Of a DNA stretch of 45,790 nt, positions 45,207-45,790 are shown piece by piece. Both the position numbers and the translations under genes were made by a program. Source of the stretch: a virus (taxonomy: Duplodnaviria; Caudoviricetes); the IMG/VR virus record IMGVR_UViG_3300012167_000015, positions 1 through 45,790 of that record. The stretch is one strand, 5' to 3'. Every line of letters begins with the position of its first letter. Position 1 is the first letter of the stretch. The notes under the pieces were generated by a model. The model was not told the origin of the DNA. It saw only the letters and a list, made by a program, of their open reading frames with translations, and did no database searches.

Positions 45207-45790
45207 CGGTTGGGTTCCCAGGTGGGGTCGGTCTCGGTGACGTCGCCGTATGCGACCTCACCGCCGAATAGGCGCTTGCAGACGATCGTCTTGATCGCGT
45301 TGGTCCATATGGCAGTACCGGCGAACAGCCGGTACTGCCACGTCACGCCCTCGCCGGCCTTGATGCCCCAGCCGGCTTCGATGCCCCCGCCGGCCTTGAT
45401 GCCCCCGCCGGCCTTGATGTCCCCGCCGGCCTTGATGCCCTCGCCGGCTTCGATGCCCTCGCCGGCTTCGATGCCCCCGCCGGCTTCGATGCCCTCGCCG
45501 GCCTTGATGCCCTCGCCGGCTTCGATGCCCCCGCCGGCTTCGATGCCCCCGCCGGCCTTGATGCCCTCGCCGGCCTTGATGCCCTCGCCGGCCTTGATGC
45601 CCTCGCCGGCCTTGATGCCCCAGCCGGCTTTGATGCCCCCGCCGGCCTTGATGCCCTCGCCGGCCTTGATGCCCCCGCCGGCTTCGATGCCCCCGCCGGC
45701 TTCGATGCCCCCGCCGGCCTTGATGCCCCCGCCGGCCTTGATGCCCCAGCCGGCTTTGATGCCCCCGCCGGCCTTGATGCCCTCGCCGGC
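45203..45790 (-). CDS. Hexapeptide-repeat protein, C-terminal part
   Basis: ...AGWGIKAGEGVTWQYRLFAGTAIWTNAIKTIVCKRLFGGEVAYGDVTETDPTWEPNR*. The stop overlaps the dnaN ATG, and the frame is continuous with 666-1. Confidence 0.85.
   Translation of the reverse strand, partial: AGEGIKAGGGIKAGWGIKAGGGIKAGGGIEAGGGIEAGGGIKAGEGIKAGGGIKAGWGIKAGEGIKAGEGIKAGEGIKAGGGIEAGGGIEAGEGIKAGEGIEAGGGIEAGEGIEAGEGIKAGGDIKAGGGIKAGGGIEAGWGIKAGEGVTWQYRLFAGTAIWTNAIKTIVCKRLFGGEVAYGDVTETDPTWEPNR
45310..45340. repeat. Perfect 13-bp inverted repeat, 5-nt loop
   Basis: TGGCAGTACCGGC-GAACA-GCCGGTACTGCCA. Confidence 0.9.
45353..45790. repeat. 18-bp tandem repeat array (24 units plus 6 nt), right part
   Basis: Same unit as 1-348. 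Confidence 0.97.

Noticed and set aside
45203-45790. Self-contained diversity-generating retroelement
   Set aside because: No reverse transcriptase or separate TR/VR pair was seen; variation is limited to a few recurring codons, which fits repeat shuffling better.

Overview
The window is an apparently complete, circularly permuted genome of a high-GC temperate actinobacterial siphophage, with no host genes. It is opened inside an 18-bp tandem-repeat array: 1-132 matches 45659-45790 with one mismatch. Almost all genes are on the minus strand. The early/replication arm carries Cro, Xis, ParB-like, RusA, a C2H2 finger protein, exonuclease, SSB, a UvrD-like helicase, a hexapeptide-repeat protein spanning the ends, a DnaN beta clamp, GP88-like, primase-polymerase/helicase and an iteron origin. 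A small plus-strand immunity cassette (repressor, lipoprotein, ImmA-type protease) sits next to a tyrosine integrase whose attP copies the 3' half of tRNA-Pro(CGG). The late arm carries TerL, portal, MuF, protease/scaffold, capsid, connectors, tail with a -1 frameshift chaperone, tape measure and endolysin. The most unusual elements are: (1) an expanded lysis cassette with a stand-alone resuscitation-promoting-factor (Rpf) lipoprotein, a secreted beta-helix protein and many small membrane proteins; (2) a non-canonical initiator-tRNA-like element behind the capsid gene; (3) PafBC/RecA-NDp-like promoter motifs in front of the anti-repressor protease and the integrase; (4) a variable xGI[KE]AG repeat protein flanked by a perfect 13-bp hairpin. 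All product calls come from motif recognition and gene order; no database search was run.
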